From: Macrostomum lignano
Taxonomy: Eukaryota
DNA length: 64,000 nt
Direction of reading: 5' to 3'
Assembly: GCA_002269645.1 (NCBI GenBank)
Contig: NIVC01000362.1
Location: forward strand, 124,001-188,000
Both the position numbers and the translations under genes were made by a program. The notes beneath the pieces are model-generated. The model was not told where the DNA came from. It was given only the letters and a program-made list of their open reading frames with translations, and did no database searches. This document shows, in pieces, positions 25,570-38,500 of this stretch; positions within the stretch are counted from its first letter, which is position 1; the number at the start of each line of letters is the position of its first letter.

Positions 25570-26520
25570 GAAATCGCCATAAACAGCTCATAGAATCGCC
25601 ATAAACCACCCATAGAATCGCCATAAACAGTTCATAGAATCGCCATAAACCACCCATAGAATCGCCATAAACAGCTCATAGAATCGCCATAAACCACCCA
25701 TAGAATCGCCATAAACAGCTCATAGAATCGCCATAAACCACCCATAGAATCGCCATAAACAGCCCATAGAATCGCCATAAACAGCCCATAGAATCGCCAT
25801 AAACAGCCAATAGAATCGCCATAAAACACCCATAGAATCGCCATAAACAGCTCATAGAATCGCCATAAACAGCTCATAGAATCGCCATAAACCACCCATA
25901 GAATCGCCATAAAACACCCATAGAATCGCCATAAAACACCCATAGAATCGTCATAAAACACCCATAGAATCGCCATAAAACACCCATAGAATCGTCATAA
26001 AACACCCATAGAATCGCCATAAACAGCCCATAGAATCGCCTCAGACCACCTATAGAATCGCCATAAACAGCCAATAGAATCGCCATAAAACACCCATAGA
26101 ATCGCCATAAACAGCTCATAGAATCGCCATAAACAGCTCATAGAATCGCCATAAACAGCTCATAGAATCGCCATAAAACACCCATAGAATCGCCATAAAA
26201 CACCCATAGAATCGCCATAAACAGCCCATAGAATCGCCTCAGACCACCTATAGAATCGCCATAAACAGCCAATAGAATCGCCATAAAACACCCATAGAAT
26301 CGCCATAAACAGCTCATAGAATCGCCATAAACAGCTCATAGAATCGCCATAAACCACCCATAGAATCGCCATAAAACACCCATAGAATCGCCATAAAACA
26401 CCCATAGAATCGTCATAAAACACTCATAGAATCGTCATAAACAGCCCATAGAATCGTCATAAACAGCCCATAGAATCGCCTCAGACCACCTATAGAATCG
26501 TCATAAACAGCCCATAGAAC
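25570..26520. repeat. 22-bp minisatellite (CCATAGAATCGCCATAAACAGC)
   Basis: About 43 units ending about 45 nt upstream of the MGST3-like ATG. Confidence 0.96.
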
Positions 26521-26564
26521 CCCCATAACCAAAATTCGCACATTGCTGCCAATCTAAATTCGCC

Positions 26565-27700
26565 ATGCGCTTCCTGGACGCAATCAACGCGGTGAACCCG
26601 CATCTGCAGAATGGCCTGCCCAAAGACTACGGCTGGGTTGTGCTGGCCGGCACGGGCGGCTTCGTTGTGAACATGCACCTGGCTAGGCAGGTCGGCCTGG
26701 CTAGGAAGAAGTTCGGCGTCGAATATCCCACAATGTATAGCGACAGTTCTAAGGAGTTCAACTGCGTGCAACGATCGCACCAGAACTATTTGGAGAACGC
26801 GCCTTTCTTCTACTTCCTGCTGGCTTTCGGTGGCCTGCAGGTAAATTTTGTGCCAATTTTCACCTTGAAATGTTCACCCTTCCATGCCAGTAAGGTGTTC
26901 TGCACTGTCTTAGTTTTCAGTGTCCGTCTCAGCTTTCGTGTGTCCCTCCGCATTAGTGTGTCCATCTCAGCATTAGTGTGTCCACTTCATCATTAGTGTG
27001 TACACCTCAGGATTAGTGTGTCCACCTCAGCATTAGTGTTTCCACTTCATCATTAGTGTGTCCACTTCATCATTAGTGTGTCCACTTCAGCATTAGTGTG
27101 TACACCTCAGCATTAGTGTGTACACCTCAGGATTAGTGTGTCCACCTCAGCATTAGTGTGTCCACTTCAGCATTAGTGTGTACACCTCAGGATTAGTGTG
27201 TCCACCTCAGCATTAGTGTGTCCACTTCAGGATTAGTGTGTCCACCTCAGCATTAGTGTGTCCACTTCAGCATTAGTGTGTACACCTCAGGATTAGTGTG
27301 TCCACCTCAGCATTAGTGTGTCCACTTCAGCATTAGTGTGTCCACTTCAGCATTAGTGTGTCCACTTCAGCATTAGTGTGTCCACTTCAGCATTAGTGTG
27401 TCCCTCTCAGAATTCATTAGGTACCAATTGGTCGTGCAATTCGCGCTTAATCAGAGCGATTAGCTGTTAATAAATTAATAAAACTACTGTGTGTATGACT
27501 CACCAATGCAGGCCCCCCGCTGCTCGGCCGCCTGCGGCGCTCTCTACCTACTCGGTCGGATCGCGTACGCTCGCGGCTACTCAAGCGGCGATCCTAAGAA
27601 ACGCATGCGCGGCGCTTTCGGCTATATTGGCCTGCTGGGCCTCCTAATCAACACCCTGCTGCTTGGCGGCCGCATGATCCGGGCCGGCTGCGGTAAATGA
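26565..27700 (+). CDS. MGST3: Microsomal glutathione S-transferase 3-like (MAPEG), 2 exons (26565-26840, 27512-27700), 154 aa
   Basis: Motifs [26 protein letters not shown] and [23 protein letters not shown]. Phase-0 GT-AG intron. Confidence 0.92.
26945..27410. repeat. 20-bp minisatellite (CATTAGTGTGTCCACYTCAG)
   Basis: About 23 units in the MGST3-like intron. Confidence 0.95.
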
Positions 27701-29530
27701 GAGTTGCCATTACGAATAGATCTTATTCATTCATCCATTCACGCTATCCAACTTTGAAATGGTTATCTCTGACTAATAATAATTGGTTGTCAAATGCTTA
27801 GAAAAATATAATCATATATATGTAGATTTACAGCTGTGAAGAGAAGTGTGAATTTGCCATAGGATAACAGAAATTGTAGAATAGAATTGTTCTTTGCTAA
27901 AACAAAAATACGCAAGATCATGTGCGCTGCAGCCTACTCTCTTGAAGCAAAATATAAACAGTAGCCAAGTACGGCAAGTATTGAATTTTTGTTCAAAAAT
28001 TGTATTGTTGTTTAGAAAGAGTGTAGCAAAATATACTTCAGCTAAAATATTAAAAAAATATTTTTTTCTTACACTTCGTTATAAAAATTCGCTACTTGGC
28101 TACTCTTTGTATTTGCCATACGAGTAGACTATAACGAAAATAACGTATTTTTGCAAGAAAGTTCAAATTAACATTCTGTGGTGTTCTGCGCTCCCGTGAA
28201 GCTGACTTGAGTTTGCAACTCAGTAGGATTTCTGAATACCACCAGTTATCTACGCAACTTTAACAACTCTTATTTTTATTACAACTTCCTAAATTTAGTA
28301 GAACCTATCATTTTCACTGTCACTATCGGATCCAATACAATAAATAAATAATCATCCAGACACATGTCTGACAAACCAACTGTTGAGTAAAAGAACAATA
28401 TAAATACGTTTGATTTCAACTTTTTACTTTTAATTGGCTTTTAATAATACACGCCTGGGGATGCTTTTTAAATCACACTTTCAAATCAAAATGATTGAAT
28501 ATTACCAGTATATTCCACAAGATTTAATGTCCAATCAATTCAGAGTATATAAATAATCGATAAATTACTCGATCGGTCGATAAATACTTGGATTGGCTAT
28601 TAACTGTAGCAAATATTACACTATTGTGTAACAGTTTATTGAACACATTACATTGAAAGGGTGAGTATTTATTAAGTACTCGTACTAATTACTCGATCCT
28701 GAATAAAAATTATGTTCATACGAGCTTAAAGCGAGTTAATTTCTGGACATATTGTGCTGAAATAATACGGTAATTAAATTGCACAATTAGTTGTGAAAGC
28801 TGAATAAAAAACAAAACTAGTAGCATATCGGATTGTAGCACATAAATTACTTTGATTACGAGGATTTAAAATACGAGCTACGTCAGGGCACGTGAAAAAT
28901 GGCAAACAAGCCAGTATGCTATAGGTTTTAATAAGTTGTACTGATCGAAATTGTTAAATAAGATAATTAGGAGTGGATCAAAATAACTTTAAAACTTAAT
29001 CCAATAAGATTAGGCTCTAGGCTAGGCACTCCGTAGCATACATACTAGTCTATTAGGACACTCGTCTAGTTCTTGACAGTGTTTCGTATATAGTTATATA
29101 ATAACAAGTCTCCCATTTGAGAAGATCATGATTAAAAAAGAACGTTCAACCGTGAACTATTTCCAAGTTCATATAATTTCGATCATGCCATACTAGCATG
29201 GGTTCTGATTTTGCTATATAAGACAGCAATTCCTCGCGTAATCCTTAACTTCTTAACAATTTTCCCAGTAAGCCTTTGACCTCTCAGCAATTCACCCCGT
29301 AAGCCTGATCGACATATCAGCATTTTCCCCTAGCAAGCATCCCCCGATAGCAAGCATGCATGCCACTGATTGCTAGCACCCCCCAAATAGTAAGCATAAC
29401 CAGATAGCAATCTAGTGTAATACACTGGAAAATAGATTAGAGACTTTAGAGTGATGCACGATGTCGCAAGTTTTTTCGTTTTTTCTAATATCAATAACAC
29501 CGACATAATTTAAAAAAACAAATTCAGAGT

Positions 29531-32500
29531 TTAACGAAACTTGCTAGACATCCAGTTATGGAATTGATGTATCTTCTTTTTAACAGCTGAAACAATCGGC
29601 TTGTTAATGTACTTCTGGTAGCGCTCGTACACCCGTTTCTCATTGTCTACGATGCTGTTCAGTATGGTGTCGTCACGCAGGCTACCTGTGCAGGCGGCCA
29701 GTTCACGGATGTCCTGCAGCTGCTGCATCCTTTTCGCATAGCCTGGGCGCCGGTTCATCCTCTCTGACTCGATCAGCTTGTCGATGTAGTCGACTTCACT
29801 TAGCGGGTCCGGTTTCAAGGCGATTTCTTTCAGCTTGTCGATGCACTCCTTGCACTCCACTATCAGTCCAACTAAGGTTGACTTTTTAGCCAAATAATCC
29901 TCGTAAACCTGCTGGACCAGCTGTTTGGCTGTAATCATCTTGCCTGAAGCGTCTTGGTAGCGAGCCTTCAGTTCCTGTGAAGTTTTAGTTACCACCTGGC
30001 TCTGGATCTCAATTCGGTAAGGCATGTTGCGGTGCATGGTCCAGTCACATGCGCCGGGACACACGTGGCACTTGCCGTCTGTCATGGCTGCGCACTTTGA
30101 TTTGTCCTTGTCCTCCGGAATTTTACACGGATAATGGCAGGTCCTGTTGCAAGTCAAACAATTCGTGATGTAGGTACCAGCTGGTATGTCTACATGAACG
30201 GCCTTTTCTTCTTCGACGGAGTAAGTGAAGTCTTTGTTGCGTTTGATGTCAGCTGAGTGTCTCTTAATCACGTCGATCTCAGCCTCTAGGCGGTTTAGTA
30301 CTCCTAGACTCAGGTCTATTTGAGTTTTTATTGCTACAATTTTCACCTGTAGTCGCTCGCGCGCTTGAAGAACATCTTTTGTCAGAGTCAGGCTTTTAGC
30401 TTGCATGCCCTGCACATGCTGAAAGAAGTCCTTGAAGCTTTCCATGCCCATATCCCAGAACAACTTATTGAAACTGCCAGCCATACTGCCACCTTGCGAC
30501 TTCTTGGCGAACACAGCCGAGTTGTTGAACTTGATGTGCATATTGTAGGGAATTTTGGCTTCCTTAAGTGACTCTAAGACCGGTGGTTCATTGGCATCCG
30601 CGAAGGTCACAAGAATATAGATGCTACCGCCGACGTCTCGTCCGAACAGAGACAGAATCGAGTCAAAGACGTACCGCTGAGTCGGCGTCAAACGAGAGAC
30701 ACTAGACGGCACTACAAAGCCGACCGCATCCAAGTGATCGATTCCACCGGGAGCGGAGAAGAATGCTCTAATTCTGTCCACAATCTTCTGGTCGTTCACG
30801 ATGCCCTCGGTGTCGCCAAACCCGGGCGTGTCTACCAAAGTAAACGTGAATGGATGGCGAGAACCTTCGTGCCGGTGAAACGTGTAGGAAGTGACCCACT
30901 GAGTCTGGCTAGCTGACTGAGATTGGCTGAGCTCCTTCTCTTTCGGATCAGCGACAATTCGCATTCGGAATTCGTCATCGTAATTCACGCCGAACAAGTA
31001 ATTCACCATTGAGTTGATCAGAGTGGTCTTGCCAGACCCCGTCTCTCCAACGATCATAATGACTTTTTCTTCCGACTGCTGACAAGCGTAATAGTCAGAG
31101 CAGCCTCTGTACTCCATTCCGCGCACTTGATTTGCGACATCGTTCATCGTTCGGTCCATTTGCAGTTCGTACACGGCTGGCACACTTTTGGAATCTTGGT
31201 CGGCTACTTGAGAGAACTGCAATGCTGTGTACTTTGCAACTTCTTGAGTCGAGTAGTCAGCCTTGACTGCGTAAGGGTCACTTGGTTTGCCTGCTGTCTT
31301 GTCCGAGTACAGTGAAGCTGCCGTTACGAGGTAGTCTCCATTGCCATATATAGGAACAGCAACAACTGTGTCAGTTGATTCGAAGTTTCTGTCGCAGATG
31401 AGAGCTCCTGATACTCCATCCGTAACTCTAACTTGATACCCAACGTGATCGGAACTTTGACCTGAGGATTTGCCTTTCTGTAGTTTAACTTGAATAGCGA
31501 ACGGTGAAATTGCTTTAGCTGAGCTGATTGTGGGCGCGTCAGTCTCCAAAGTCTCAACTGGCTCTAGGTTAACCAATTCGCCATAGCCGAGCTCACGAAC
31601 GGTTGAATAGCTGACGGAGTACTTCGTTTTTGGCAGAAGAGCTTTCAAATTTAGCATTATCATTTGGCTATCGTCAAAGTTGCATTCAATCTCGTCAATG
31701 CGATTTGATGTAGCACAGCGCCAAGTTACAAGCACGCCTATTACAGGGTTGTCCGCACTGTCAACAGAGGGCTTGCGAAATAGTAATTCAATACAGTCGC
31801 TCGATACACTGCCTACTTCAACTGTAACTGGAATCAGGAATGAATCAATGCTAGATAGAACAGCGCGTTGGTCTTTTAGAATGCAAAAGCGGCAATCAAA
31901 GTGTTCCATTTCTTCGTGAATTACTTTCCAAGAAAAGATGAAATCTTTACGTCGCTGATTAGCAATTTGAAAATTGTGTAACGTCGACAGCTTGCTGCTT
32001 AGCATTTTCAGCATTAGTTGCATATCGAACTGTTCTAGAAAAGCTTCGACAGCTAGAGGCTTGGGCGCATGCTTTGGAAATAGTAGTCTGACTTGGCACT
32101 CAAGCCGACAATCTGTGCATTCAATTGATTTCCCAACGCCATCGATGTGACGTAAAACTGACAAAAATGCCCTCAATTCAGGCAGCCAATCGATGGACGC
32201 CTGTCGAAGGACAAGCTTGCTCAGCTTCTCTGCATCACGATAGCTTGACTTCAGCAACTGGTGGTTGATTATATACTTGTTCTCAGTAACTTGCATGACA
32301 GCTGTTAAAATGTTACACAAGAAAATAGCATCCTTGAGCAGCTCATCAGCAATTATCGTTACAAGGATACGTAAAGTGGCTCGAGTTTCGTACAATGCTG
32401 CCAGAACGCTACTAATCTGCTGGTTAAGATGAGTCTGCTTCTGGTTCGCGATGTTGTTTAGCCTAAACAAAGCTGTTGTGCGGCTGTCACTGTTGGTAGC

Positions 32501-32607
32501 TTCGGCTTGTACAAGACGCTTAAATTCGTCCCAGTTGCAATCTTTTGTTTGACCATTCGAAGCGAATGCCGTGATGCTTGTGGATTGCGCCTGTGACGGG
32601 TCAGCAT
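29531..32607 (-). CDS. Large helical + 2xFN3 + septin/AIG1-like TRAFAC GTPase + coiled-coil/Cys-rich protein (main exon)
   Basis: Open frame from the acceptor TTTTCAG at 32608 to the stop at 29531. G1 GETGSGKT, G3 DTPGFGDT, G4-like TFAD and KFNNS. FN3 signatures (LKALLPKTKYSVSY; GYQVRV..DYLVTAASL). C-terminal CxxCxxxCHxxC module. The first exon is uncertain. Confidence 0.85.
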
Positions 32608-33841
32608 CTGAAAATTTTCAAACATTTAAATGATTACTTGTTGCTGGGAACAAGAAATTGTTTTATTTGATACGCCGGTACTAGACTGACTGTCACAGGG
32701 GCATTGGGTTTTAATTAACCAATGGAGTTTTTGTGTTTGTATCTATTTTATCATTCTTACCTGACTGTATAACACTACGTGTAACAGGGTAACAGAGATG
32801 ATTAAAAAATTATTAAAACCAAAGAGTCGAGCTGTGACATGCATTTTTACGAGTTTTAGGTACTTGGAATGTACATAGAATAAAAACTTTATACACAATC
32901 CTAATTTTCTCAACGGAAAGCTTTATAAATGAGCATTGGCTTTGCCTCCTATCAAAAGCAATAACAATTTTTGTGCTGAAATAATGAAAACTTCCTATCT
33001 CTGTAGTATATTTTATCAAAAAACCCGCCTCCTAAAATTTTCAAGAAGCTTAGTTTCCCGTCCTACTTAAGTTGTCCTTGAAAAAATGCCTAACCATGTT
33101 GTGATTCAGATAGATTAATATACAGGTTTCGTGGGTCACTTTTAGTCACTAAAAACCTAATTGTGTTTTTAATTTCCTACATTGGTGCGGCCCAACACCA
33201 GAAAAAGCAGAAAAAACTTTACAGGCTTACAGTTCTGTCCTTGATTGAGTTACAGAATTTACGACTTTAGGAGTTACAAACATTACGTTTGGACAGAGAA
33301 AATAAGTAACTGATCAAGAATTGAGCCAAGTTTGAAGTCAATCGCTTCACGTGGAATGGCAGCCGAAGGTCAGTCAGTTTTAAAACACATTTTATAATCT
33401 GGCCAGATAAAAGAAGGGAAGCGAGGCGGAGGTTGGGGTGGTTGCCTCGCTGAATAAAACAAAACTATAAAAGTGCACAGCGACGTTCAGGATTAACATT
33501 AAAACACAAAATTTTACACGATTGTGTCATAATAGCTGAATATTGTTGCGTCAAAGTTGAATAGCATTGGTAAAAGTGGAGCAACGCTATGGAGGATTTA
33601 GCGAAAAGTGTACTTTTAGCAACTTCCTGCACTTTTAGGTACAAGTACTTGAAATCAGGAAATTTTTAAAAGCTGAAAGCCTTCTTCATGGTGAGTTTTA
33701 GGTAGGTCTAAACTTTGGTATAATTAATTTGTTTGAGCCGTTTGGGACTCCATAGCGATGTAATTTGTACACAGACAGATTAGAGAGTTTTAATTTTATA
33801 TTTATAGACTTGATAGGCAAACTAGGTAGAAAAGAACTCAC

Positions 33842-34283
33842 CATCGTTTGTAAAACCATAGACCACAAAGCCTTCGAAAACCTCAACAATAGTGTCTGGA
33901 GCAATGGTCTCATGCTCTTCACCATCAATTTGAAGCAGACTTCCATTCCTGCATAAAGCTCCAATGACAATGTACTTTGGAAATTCATTTCTTTCCCAAA
34001 GAACTTGTAGAATAGCAGACACAGTATATGATTTAGGAAACAGGCTATATATAAGATTGATAGCCTGGAAAGGTGATAGTCCAATGGCTGCAATGTCTTC
34101 AAGAAAAGTAGTAGTTCTTTGAATGCATAGCACTAGTTTTTGATTTAACTTTTCCATTGCAAACTTTGTTTTGCTTGATGGCTTTGGAAATGTGTCATCC
34201 CAAAAACTATACTTTAGTCCAATAGATGGTATTTGTTTGCTCAATGTTTGAATCAATTTGAATGATTTTTCAGCCAGAGCCAT
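33842..34283 (-). CDS. Probable upstream coding exon of the GTPase gene (147 aa, unrecognised domain)
   Basis: Acceptor TTTCTGCTAG 17 nt before the ATG at 34283. Strong donor G/GTGAGT after 33842 in phase 1, which joins in frame to the phase-1 acceptor at 32607 (predicted 1172 aa). Confidence 0.45.
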
Positions 34284-35294
34284 GGTAGCATTCAAAGATG
34301 CTAGCAGAAATATTATATTTATGTTTAGATTTTATGATTCAAATGATGGATATAGCTTATATTAAGAGAAAAAAAAATAAAATATCAATAAATAATTTTA
34401 GATTTAAAGTACTTCATTTCATAAAATAATATCTAGCTATTTACATTATTGCTATGCAACATTTATATTGACTAATTAATGGATATAAACAAAATGGGCT
34501 CTTGGACTATATTTTAAGCTATATAACTAAAAGCCATTTCAATTAGCTAGAATGTGTTAATATGAGCTTTATAAATTTTATAGTCTTAACTACATTAAAA
34601 ATTTCTGCAAGCAAGGATCTATTGTTTAAAAAAAGTATCAACTTGTTGATTTGCTCCTTTTAATTAATAATTGAATTTTATCATATCAAAAAATTCCCTA
34701 ATATACAATTTAAAAAAATTCTCAAGATGGTAATTAGTATGGTATAGCTAGAAGCAAGCCATTATTGAGATTATAAAAATAACTTAAATATGTATTGACA
34801 CGCTGTTTCGTTCATAAACTGACAGTTTTTCACTGAATTAACATAATCATAAAGTGCAACTATGCGTCTGTTGATCATTCAACTTGACTCAGATGAGCCA
34901 AAAGTCAAAAACGCGACTACATGTATTAAAATTAATAAAATCATGTCTCCCAATATATTTGCCAGAAAGCAAAAAATAAGATTAGAAAACACGCTACATA
35001 ATATGGTAATAATGCAGAAAGAGCAAGACTTTAAACATGGTAAATTACGTTAAGTACCTGATCAATGGCTCGATAACTATAGTACTGTCGATCAGCTTGA
35101 CGATATTTAAAAAATGAAAACGAAAATCGAAAAATTTTGAAGTTATTATAAACTATGAAAATATAAGATTCATTTTCTTCTTGAGCGTTTTAAAAAGGAT
35201 TATTATACAGGGTAAGACTTTGTATCAAAGAACTAGCCTATTTTAGCATATCATTTGTTTAACTTAAAAAACGTAAAATTTTCCTTTTTTAACA

Positions 35295-35380
35295 TGTTAT
35301 ACATCTCTTATTCCTGTCTGCCACTCGGGAGCCAATTCCCAGTGCATAGCGAATCAAGACTTCGTTCTCGAGTCATTACA
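35295..35380 (+). mobile_element. Short (86-bp) LTR-like segment, TGTTAT...ATTACA, followed by a PBS
   Basis: TG...CA imperfect inverted termini. An 18-nt tRNA-complementary PBS starts 1 nt downstream. No partner LTR seen in the window. Confidence 0.55.
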
Positions 35381-35381
35381 A

Positions 35382-35432
35382 TGGCGACGAGGATGGGATG
35401 CGAACCCACGCGGGGAAACCCCAAATGGATTA
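35382..35432 (-). other. Copy of the 3' 51 nt of mature tRNA-Ser(GCT), including CCA (extended primer-binding site)
   Basis: The minus strand reads TAATCCATTTGGGGTTTCCCCGCGTGGGTTCGCATCCCATCCTCGTCGCCA: anticodon 3' stem, type II variable arm, T arm, acceptor strand and CCA. The 5' half of the tRNA is absent. Confidence 0.75.
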
Positions 35433-35559
35433 ATCCAGCGCTGTGGCACGATGCATGGAACGCGCGTACGAATGGTGCATACGTAGCATGGGGGAAGTGT
35501 TCAGAAGGGGTGACTCCGGTGAGTCAGTGAGGGGAACAAACAGAGTGCAAACAAACATA

Positions 35560-38500
35560 GTCAGTGGGAGCGGCAGACCATATGGCCAGGACTGCGGAGC
35601 GATCCCCAGCCCAGGCCATCACATCGGATGCCGCCGGCGGCCGAGTGTCCGTCGTCCGAGTCGTCCTGCGGCTGGGCCACTGGTGGGGCTGTGGCCGCGA
35701 TCTCGGCAGCGGCAGCGGCAGCGGCAGCGGCAGCGGCAGCGGCAGCGGCAGCGGCAGCGGCAGCGGCAGCGGCAGCGGCAGCGGCAGCGGCAGCGGCAGG
35801 CAGGTGCACCGGTGTCTCGGAGCCGCGGGCTGGCAGCGATAGCAGCTGATCAGTGTGCCGCCGCATGAGAGTGCCGTCTGCACTCACGGTGCAGTTTCGG
35901 GCCCCGCCAGACTCGACAGTGCCCTCTTGCCAACGGTTGCTAGTGGTGGTGCTGTAATCTCGCAACAGCACTCGGTCTCCAGGTCGGAACATCCTGGCTT
36001 GCCTGGGCGACTGTTGAAGCGCTGACTGCTGCTGCTGCTGCCGGTTGCTGACGAGCGAGGGCGTTAGCAGATCAAGCCGGGATTGAAGTCGGCGCCCGAA
36101 GAGCAGCTGGCTGGGAGCCGAGCTCGTGGCTGAATGCGGCGTATTGCGATAGGCGAGCAGAAATTGCTGCAGAGCTTTCTCAGACGGTCCTGATTTCTTC
36201 AGGTACTGTTTTAACACTTTCACGAACCGTTCAGCTTGTCCGTTTGTCGCCGGATGGAATGGCGCTGAAGTCACGTGCTCGATGCCGTTGATCCTCAAGA
36301 ACTCGGCGAATTCTGACGACGTGAACTGGGCTCCGTTGTCCGATACCAGAGTCCGCGGCAGGCCCTGGCACGCAAAGATCTCGCGAAGACAGTTGATCGT
36401 CTTGGCTGACGTCATGCTGGTCAGCTGCTTCACCTCCGGCCACTTGCTGTGCGCGTCGATAAGCACCACGTCCGTTCACTGGCCCAGCAAAGTCGATGTG
36501 CAGTCTGGACCACGGCTCGGACGGGAAGGGCCATGGGTGCACTGGCGCCTTGGGCGGATCAGCCTGGTTGAGCCGACAGGTTTCGCATGCCTTGACGGAG
36601 GTCTCCACGTCCTTGTCCAGGCCGGGCCACCACACGTAGCTGCGCGCGAGCGCTCTCATGCGGCTGGCACCGGGGTGAGCTTGGTGCAGTTCGCCGAGGA
36701 CCATAGGGCGGAGTGCCGACGGAACGATGACCCTGGATCCCCACAGCAAGCAGCCTTGTTCGATTGAGAGCTCGTGCTGTCGGCCAGAGAAAGCTTCGAG
36801 ACCGTCTGCAGCTGCAGGATCCGGGAGCCAGACTGCAGACACAGCAGCACCCTGCCGAGCTGCGCATCAGTCCGCGTCTTCTGTGCGATCACCTTGGCAG
36901 TCAGAGCCGAGCCGACCTCTACGTCGATGAACGGGGAGTTCACGGCTGTCTCCTCGATTAACTGATCACCGAGGGGAAGGCGAGAGAGCGAGTCGCAGTT
37001 GCCATGCCTCGCCGTCGGTCTGAACTCCAGGCTGTAGTCGTAGTTGGAAAGCCGAATGGCCCAGCGCTGCATGCGGGCTGCAGCCTGTGCCGGAATGGCC
37101 TTGCGCTCTCCCAGTAGACCAAGGAATGGCTGGTGGTCAGTGACGATGGTGAAGCGTCTCCCGTACAGGAACTGGTGAAATCTGTGCAAGCCGAACATAA
37201 TGGCCAGAGCCTCTTTGTCCAGTTGAGAGTAGTTACGCTGTGCGGGGGTCAGGCTGCGGCTTGCGAAGGCGATAGCTTGACCTTGGCCGCCGATCCTGTG
37301 AGACAGAACCACCCCCAGTCAATATGGCGAGGCGTCGCACTCCAAGTACAGTGGCAGCTCTGGGTTGTAGTGCACGAGCGCACTCGAGGACAGCAGCAGT
37401 CGCTTGGACTCGTTAAAGGCCTGTTGCTGCGCATCTCCCGGCCCATGCCCACTTGGTGTTCTTGGTCAGCAGCTGGTTCATCGGCGCCACGACGGTTGAC
37501 AAGTGCGGCATGAACTTCGAGTAATGGGTTAGCATGCCCAGGTAGGCGCGCAGCTGGCTGACATCCTTTGGAGCAGGTGCGTTCTGCACGGCTGTGACCT
37601 TGTCAGGCAGAGGTTTCAGCCCGTGTGCGTCGATTCGATGACCGAGATACTCCACCGAGTCTTGAAAGAACAGGCACTTGGCCCTGTTCAGTCGAAGGCC
37701 AGCGTCCTGAAAACGCTGCAGCACTCTAGTCAGGTTCTGTTTGTGCTGCGCCTGAGTCTTGCCTGTGAGGAGAATATCGTCAACGAACACCTGGACACCG
37801 TCGAGATCGCCCAATAGCGTTTCCAGAGTGCGCTGGAAGATGGCGCTGGCCGAGTTAATGCCAAAGGGCAGTCTGTTGAGTTGAAACAGGCCTCTCGACG
37901 TGTTGATGACTAGGTAGGTACGGCTCTCCTCGGACAGTGGCAGCTGCAAGAACGCGTTCGACAAGTCGAGTTTTGTTCATTTGCATCCTCCGCCGAGCTT
38001 GGCGAAGATGTCCTCAATCCGCGGCAACGGATAGTGCTCAGGCTTGGCCGCGGCGTTGAAGGTCACCTTATAATCGCCGCAGATGCGAATCTCGCCATTC
38101 GCTTTCACCACTGGGACGATCGGAGGAGCCCAGTTTGAGTGTTTGATCGGCGTGATGATGCCCTCGGCCTCGAGTCGTCTCAGCTCCTCGTCCACACGCT
38201 CCCTCAGCGCGTAAGGCACTGGCCTGGCCTTAAAAAATCGTGACGTGGCCTGCTCGTCCACCTGCAGCTTGACTTCGCCGTGGCGATAACACCCAAGTCC
38301 GTCAGCGAAGACTTCAGAGAACTGCTGCATCAGGTCGGTGGTTGCGGAGCTGGAGCTGACCGAGTTGACCTGAGCCACGATTGCTTGCCAGTCCAACCTT
38401 AGTCGAGCCATCCAGTCTCGTCCAAGAAGAGCGACATTGCCCTGGGAAACCACGAGCAGTGGAAGAATTTCGTTCTGGCCATTATAGCTCACTGAGACTT

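Noticed and set aside
24381-26423. Multiple 70-150-aa ORFs with repeated peptides
   Set aside because: Direct translations of the 28/34-bp and 22-bp minisatellites.
35382-35432. Functional tRNA-Ser gene
   Set aside because: The 5' half (acceptor 5' strand, D arm/A box, anticodon) is missing, CCA is encoded and the T-loop A58 is altered.
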